From Psammoneis japonica (taxonomy: Eukaryota), in the NCBI GenBank assembly GCA_008632985.1, contig QPGO01000127.1, positions 186,001 to 242,161 of the forward strand: a DNA stretch of 56,161 nucleotides, read 5' to 3'. The position numbers were made by a program, and so were the translations under genes. This document shows, in pieces, positions 49,736-56,161 of the stretch; the first letter of the stretch is position 1; each line of letters begins with the position of its first letter. The notes below the pieces were generated by a model. The model was not told the origin of the DNA and did not search any database. It saw only the letters and a program-made list of their open reading frames with translations.

Positions 49736-50643
49736 AAGTGACGATGAGACGCAAACAACGAATACAAGAGCAAAAGCAACAAGCAACGGCACGACTCAAA
49801 GATGTGCAGAAGGATCTTCGCTGAAGATTTTATGGATTCGTTGAAGAGAAGTTCTGGCCAGCTATGTTTATTATCATATATTCATGACTAAAGATTTAAT
49901 TAAACGAACACATATCGTAGATTCTACGTGGGGTTAGTATGAGACGTAGCTTTGACACCAACACCCACGGCGGCGGCGGCGTTCTCGTCTTTTGCTTGGT
50001 CGCGAAAAGAAAAAAAGCACAATCAGCCCAATAAGATGTGTCTTACAGAGAAAGAATCAAAAGATCGCAAGCTGATCGCAATTGTCATCTATTGACTATT
50101 CGTTTACAGCTTTTGAAGACTTGAAACTCACTGGAAATTTCGAAAAAGCGCATGCCCAAGATCGCCCAAAGATCGATCGTCGGAGCAGCGGGGAATGAAT
50201 CACACGCACCAAAACAACAACGGTGGCGTATGTGGCGTGTGTGGTGGCGTCCGCGTAGTATGATGATGGACCGACATGACAACTTCTGCGGCGCTGTGTT
50301 GACGACGGGGACGATCTGATTTTTAAAAAAGCAGCACACACCAAAAATACAACACAACATGACTAATGACGAATGTGAGTCTTTCATCCAGCTTCTATGC
50401 CATGCACAAAGCATTGTAAGAATCATTCAATATATGTCAATTGGAGAATAAAAGCTCATAACGCCGATTACGGTGTAAGACACATGCACCCAGCTTATGT
50501 TACCCAGCTTTATGTGTCGTTGTTTTTATTGTACAGTACACAAAATGCCCAATTTAAAATAGCAAACAATAAGGCCGACTCCACATCGCAAAAACCAAGA
50601 CGCCAGAATTTGAAAATGATCTGACTTTGGTCACTATTTTTTT

Positions 50644-51579
50644 TTAACAATGCGATTCTACTTGTAGTGACTCGTCGTCGTCCAACACAGTTTCACCATC
50701 ATTTTCATTCTCCGTGACTTCCACTTCAACAAAGCGCTTGCGAAGAATTGGAGACAGTAGAAGAATAAATGCAGCAACAGCGGCACAACTAATCGAAGCG
50801 ACACGCATCCGCCGGAGTCTGGTATTAGAAGGGATATCCCAGCAAAAGGAGCAGCCTGCACTTTCGCCGACGCGAGCGGAACAAGTGTCACAATCTCCGT
50901 AGGCAATAATGCTCGGCCAATCCACATCATTCGAGGGGCCCACAAAAGGATCGTAGGGAGTATAGTTGGCGGCTGGGTCATATATGCTCTCCGCAAGAGC
51001 CATCAAGTTTTTCAATGCTTTATCAACCTTGGCGTCAGGGCAGGACTCGTGAGAATCGCACGCCAAAGAACTGAAATAGATCAGTTCTGATGAAATCGTG
51101 TCGTTATTGCATATGACCGGCTCCTCGGTCTGGTCCATTCTTGGGCAAGCCCATTCATAACCCCAATCCACAGCAAAAATGGCATCATAATAGAGGTCAT
51201 AGAAAGGCCCTGCTTTTTCGCTCCTGGTGTCCTCCAATCTCGTCTCGTAGCGAACCCCAGTCACGCGCATTTTCCCTTGATAGTCAATCACGTCCCGGGT
51301 TTTGAGGCGTCGTTCATAAGCCTTGGCAATGCTGCTGGCCACAATGAATAAGAAAAAGGAGAATAGAATGGTAAAATAGAAGACAGCAGTTCGTTTTGCG
51401 AGGCGAGATCGGATGTCTTGGCGGAGCCTGAGTTCTCTGTGCCGTTCACACTTCCAGGAGCACACACACAGTGATGCAAAGAAGAGCACTAGCGAAGCAA
51501 GAAGTCCATAATGGGCAAGGGTGCTGGCGATTTCGGGGTCAATTTTTTCAGTATGGCTTTCAAGAATGTTCTCGTCCAT
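50644..51579 (-). CDS. Membrane protein (about three TM helices, Cys-containing luminal loop), function unknown
   Basis: 311-aa ORF with normal composition and three hydrophobic segments. Confidence 0.75.
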   Translation of the reverse strand: MDENILESHTEKIDPEIASTLAHYGLLASLVLFFASLCVCSWKCERHRELRLRQDIRSRLAKRTAVFYFTILFSFFLFIVASSIAKAYERRLKTRDVIDYQGKMRVTGVRYETRLEDTRSEKAGPFYDLYYDAIFAVDWGYEWACPRMDQTEEPVICNNDTISSELIYFSSLACDSHESCPDAKVDKALKNLMALAESIYDPAANYTPYDPFVGPSNDVDWPSIIAYGDCDTCSARVGESAGCSFCWDIPSNTRLRRMRVASISCAAVAAFILLLSPILRKRFVEVEVTENENDGETVLDDDESLQVESHC

Positions 51580-52069
51580 GTGAGATTCTGTTTCAACAGA
51601 ATTTGTGAGACGAGATCATCCTTCTTTTTTTGTCCAATCACGAATCACCAGCAAACCACGATCCACGACCTGACCGCGCATGACCCGCGGTTTGCCGAAA
51701 CTCGGCAACATTCAGGAAACATGACACCACACAACTCCAATCTTCACACTCTGCCGCAAGCCAAATCTGTCCTTGCCACAAGGGCACGGATTCTTGGCCT
51801 TCAGAGCCTGGTGCACCCCAAATTTGGATGGATGGCTTTGTGCAACATTTGGTCATCCTCTCTCCTGCTGTGCACACACCAGCAAGGCACGGCGAGATCT
51901 CTCTCTCCAAGAGAGATGTGTTTTTCTCTTTTTTGAGCTTGCAAAAAGGCTTTTGGTGACAGAGCCAGGTGCACTGCACACATGGCACAGCAGGAGAGGC
52001 TTGCAAGCTCAAGAGAACATCTGTGCGCAAACCACCAATTTCCATGAAAAAAAATGGCTTTGACAGCAG

Positions 52070-54805
52070 GAGCAGCCATGTCATGATTTTTAGCCAGCCC
52101 AGAGAGTTTTCAGCTCCCCCAAAAGGCAAAAGAGAGCATCAAAGTGCCACACAGAAATGATGTGTTCGAGCCATGCATGAACCAAATTGGGCACAAAAAT
52201 GACATTTGTGTGGTTTTCCACGTGGGCTCTAACTTGTGGACAAGCTTTTGCCGCAGCAAGCACAGATTTGTCCAAGCGCTGGTGTTTTTCAATGCTGGCA
52301 AAACTTGCTGCATCAGTGTTGCAGCATCATTGTTTTTGTGCTGCCAATGCACTTCATTGCAACAAACAAATCACAATGCAGTGGATGATTTTTGTTCATG
52401 AAAAATGTCAAAAATTTGTGTGCACCAAGTGGTTGCATGTCAGCACTGGGGTGGTTGTTTGTGACATTCCTGGCAGGCAATCTGCCCACAAAAGCTTTGC
52501 CATGCCCAGTGCACTGTTGCACAATCAGTGCTGAGTCCACTGCAGAGGAGTTTGTGGCACATGTCCCATGAGGACTCTTGATTGAGTGGTGCCACAAAAA
52601 ATGTTGCCCAGCTGTTCATGCTCCAGACACTGGCAAAAGCCCACATGATTCTTTGCACTTAAAATGGGTTGTTGTTTTGTGTGGCACCTGGGGCTGGAGA
52701 GCACATCAAACAACAAAAAGAAAATGGCAGATTCAGGGGAAAAATGACCCAAGAAATGACACAAAGCCGCTTGCGCCAAACTTGGAAATTGAGTCTGAGC
52801 ATGCACCAGGAACAGGAAAGGAAAAAGAAAAAAGGAGGATCAGATGGCAAGCTTCAAGAAAAGAAGCTCAACAAAAAGCTTGCCCAGACTCTCGTCCCTC
52901 TGTGTGTGTTGTTCTGCGATGTCTGCAGCACCGGCTTTGGCTGGGTGCTTGTGTCATCATTGTGAGCTGGCTGTTGCATCTCAGAAAACAAAAGCTCTGT
53001 TGCAGCCAGAAAAGCAATGCAAAAAGATCATGTGTGCAACATGGCAGCCTGCTTGCAAGAAGTCCCCAGCCGGGCCACAGGCAGACCCAGGGCAAACATG
53101 TGCCTTGATGACGCTGTGCATGCCTGCTTCTCTGCTCCTTTCTTGGTGGCGATCATTGCTCAACAAATGTTGGCAAAGCTGCAAATCTGTCTGTTCCTTC
53201 TCTGCTCCTTTGTGGTGATCTTCAAATTTGCAACCACCAATCCATCTCTGATGCCAAGCACACAGGCCACATTGACATGGCAGATCCAGCGTCTCACCTG
53301 CCTCCATCTGTCACATCCGTCCGTGCTGCCTTCGTGACTCGTGACTGATGTTTTTTGTTCTTTCCACCGAACTTCTTACGTCACACGTGCGTCATAGAGC
53401 CTTTGACACGTGGGCAACCCGAAAAGTTGAACCGCTCTGCGAGCAGCCATGTCATGATTTTTAGCCAGCCCAGAGAGTTTTCAGCTCCCCCAAAAGGCAA
53501 AAGAGAGCATCAAAGTGCCACACAGAAATGATGTGTTCGAGCCATGCATGAACCAAATTGGGCACAAAAATGACATTTGTGTGGTTTTCCACGTGGGCTC
53601 TAACTTGTGGACAAGCTTTTGCCGCAGCAAGCACAGATTTGTCCAAGCGCTGGTGTTTTTCAATGCTGGCAAAACTTGCTGCATCAGTGTTGCAGCATCA
53701 TTGTTTTTGTGCTGCCAATGCACTTCATTGCAACAAACAAATCACAATGCAGTGGATGATTTTTGTTCATGAAAAATGTCAAAAATTTGTGCGCACCAAG
53801 TGATTGCATGTCAGCACTGGGGTGGTTGTTTGTGACATTCCTGGCAGGCATTCTGCCCACAAAAGCTTTGCCATGCCCAACGCACTGTTGCACAATCAGC
53901 ACTGAGTCCACTGCAGAGGAGTTTGTGGCGCATGTCCCATGAGGGCTTGATTGAGTGCCACAAAAAATGTTGCCCAGATGTTCGTGCTCCAGACACTGGC
54001 AAAAGCCCACATGATTCTTTGCACTTAAAATGGGTTGTTGTTTTGTGTGGCACCTGGGGCTGGAGAGCACATCAAACAACAAAAAGAAAATGGCAGATTC
54101 AGGGGAAAAATGACCCAAGAAATGACACAAAGCCGCTTGCGCCAAACTTGGAAATTGAGTCTGAGCACGCACCAGGAACAGGAAAGGAAAAAGAAAAAAG
54201 GAGAGGATCAGATGGCAAGCTTCAAGAAAAGAAGCTCAACAAAAAGGCTTGCCCCAGACTCTCGTCCCTCTGTGTGTGTTGTTCTGCGATGTCTGCAGCA
54301 CCGGCTTTGGCTGGGTGCTTGTGTCATCATTGTGAGCTGGCTGTTGCATCTCAGAAAACGAAGGCTCTGTTGCAGCCAGAAAAGCAATGCAAAAAGATCA
54401 TGTGTGCAATGTGGCAGCCTGCTCGCAAGAAGTCTCCAGCCGGGCCACAGGCAGACCCAGGGCAAACACGTGCCTTGATGACGCTGCGCATGCCCGCTTC
54501 TCTGCTCCTTTCTTGGTGGCGATCATTGCTCAACAAATGTTGGCAAAGCTGCAAATCTGTCTATTCCTTCTCTGCTCCTTTGTGGTGATCTTCAAATTTG
54601 CAACCACCAATCTATCTCTGATGCCAAGCACGCAGGCCACATTGACATGGCAGACCCAGCGTCTCACCTGCCTCCATCTGTCACATCCGTCCGTGCTGCC
54701 TTCGCGACTCGTGACTGATGTTTTTTGTTCTTTCTACCGAACTTCTTACGTCACACGTGCGTCATAGAGCCTTTGACACGTGGGGCAACCCGAAAAGTTG
54801 AACCG
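52070..54805 (+). repeat. Tandem duplication of a ~1.37-kb decayed TE-like segment (52070-53434 and 53441-54805)
   Basis: Both copies start GAGCAGCCATGTCATGATTTTTAGCC and end CCCGAAAAGTTGAACCG. The TpA-depleted block begins at ~51690. Confidence 0.92.
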
Positions 54806-55086
54806 AACGGAGGCTCTTTTTTCATTCACAACAACGTCAGGTCCATGGCCTTCAATAACATGGCATCACTTTTTTGAATTGATTCTCCAATTGACACACC
54901 GTATCCTATCCATCATCATTATCTCATTCAAGATTGATTGACATTGCTCTTGATCTAATTGATTTGATTGCTTATCATCACTTTTTAAAAAACTTGCTTC
55001 GGAAGAACCTCCCCTGCAAACGGCCTCACTCCAACAATAAACTCCGATTGTCCGCGGCAAACAATAATATGAGACAGACCGATACA

Positions 55087-56161
55087 ATGTCTGCCGAAGT
55101 GAAGAAGAAACCGCAATCCAAACTTGGTAGAAGGGGAGGTAAGTAAAGACATATGTGATGGATATAAGAGGAAGTAGGAGAACTCTCATGTGGCTTTTAC
55201 AGTCATTTCTGGATACTTACAGAACTTGTGCTTTTCTCTAACATAGACCCCCGCATGCACCGTGCCGTGGCGGCTCGTCTTGCCAATCCCAATTTGTCCT
55301 TGATTGAAGCACTCGAAATGGGTGGCTTTGAATTTGACTCCAACGGCGTGGAAGATGCCAATGTCAAGGACAAGGACGGTGTCACCATGGGACAACGCAA
55401 GAATCAATTGAGTCGTCGCTTGCGTCTGGCTAAACAGAATTCCAACGAAGTTCCACAAGAAGGAGGAGTTTCTAGTACCAGGAGCAGCCGCCGTCAAAGT
55501 AGTATATCTGTGGAAGCGCAAGAACAACTCCAAAAGATTATGCAACACAGTTCTCAGGCAATTGTTGGAACTGGAGGAGGAGGAGCACTGACGACGAGAA
55601 ATTCTCTCAAGCGCAGCTTGGAAGAACAACAAGAAGAACCAGAAGACGCCAATCGCATGGCCAAGTTTCATCCCAACTATCATCCCATTTTGGTACCTCA
55701 ACCCAATGCGGCTACGGCTCTTGCCAATACTACCACGTCTGCTTCTGCTGCTGTTCTTGAGACATGGACTGGCACGACCTTGGCAACTCAGCCTCCGCCA
55801 CTCCAAAAACAAAAGAGTAGTTCTTCTTCTACTACCAATTTGAATCTGCTGTCACACAGTGTCCCCCCGACGGTAGTCAACAATACCAGTGCTCAACCGT
55901 CCGGTGTCGCGGTGGCATCGTTGCGTCACACGGCTTCCACGGTGGGCATGACGTTGGAACAACTCGCCATGACGCTTCACGCTACTCCCAATTTGTCAGC
56001 CATTCTCCAAAATCAAAACAAGGGCAACGAACAAGCCAAACAAGAGGTGGCTTTGAATTTGTACAGGTCAGAAATTGCTGCATTGTACAAACGATGCATG
56101 CACTTGGCAGGCTTTTCGACGGAACAAACCCAAGACGATCATGCCGCGTATACGGAATTTA
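55087..56161 (+). CDS. Conserved diatom protein with GDPRMHRAV..QRKNQLSRRLR domain (putative DNA-binding), runs off the window
   Basis: Exon 55087-55138, GT-AG intron, then an exon from 55247 open to the window end. Confidence 0.75.

Noticed and set aside
4690..54720. Classical fungal RIP or plain 5mC deamination as the explanation
   Set aside because: RIP creates TpA and CpG decay does not remove it; polarised alignments show TpA is the lost state.
55186..55812. 208-aa minus-strand ORF
   Set aside because: Antisense shadow of the spliced plus-strand gene starting at 55087.

Overview
Eukaryotic genomic window, almost certainly from a diatom (frustulin-like ACR protein, diatom-type Ty3/Gypsy elements, short GT-AG introns). 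Intact host genes alternate with repeat-rich blocks. The host genes are a TPR protein, a protein kinase, an EF-hand mitochondrial carrier, MsrA-like, a sulfotransferase, two convergent leishmanolysin/M8 proteases, frustulin-like, a FAM20-family kinase, YSC84/SYLF and several unknowns. The repeat blocks hold two full-length Gypsy LTR retrotransposons, nested TIR elements, duplicated segments and decayed gene copies. The standout signal is a domain-restricted, strand-symmetric TpA->TpG/CpA (A:T->G:C) hypermutation, roughly the reverse of fungal RIP. It is shown directly by four internal comparisons: the two LTRs of Gypsy-1, a gene versus its decayed copy, a tandem duplicate, and Tyr->Cys/His changes in conserved pol motifs. 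It has sharp boundaries, runs ahead of CpG decay, and has overrun two host genes. Several intact genes also carry single-base deletions in short homopolymers, probably long-read consensus errors. All counts are manual reads of the sequence.
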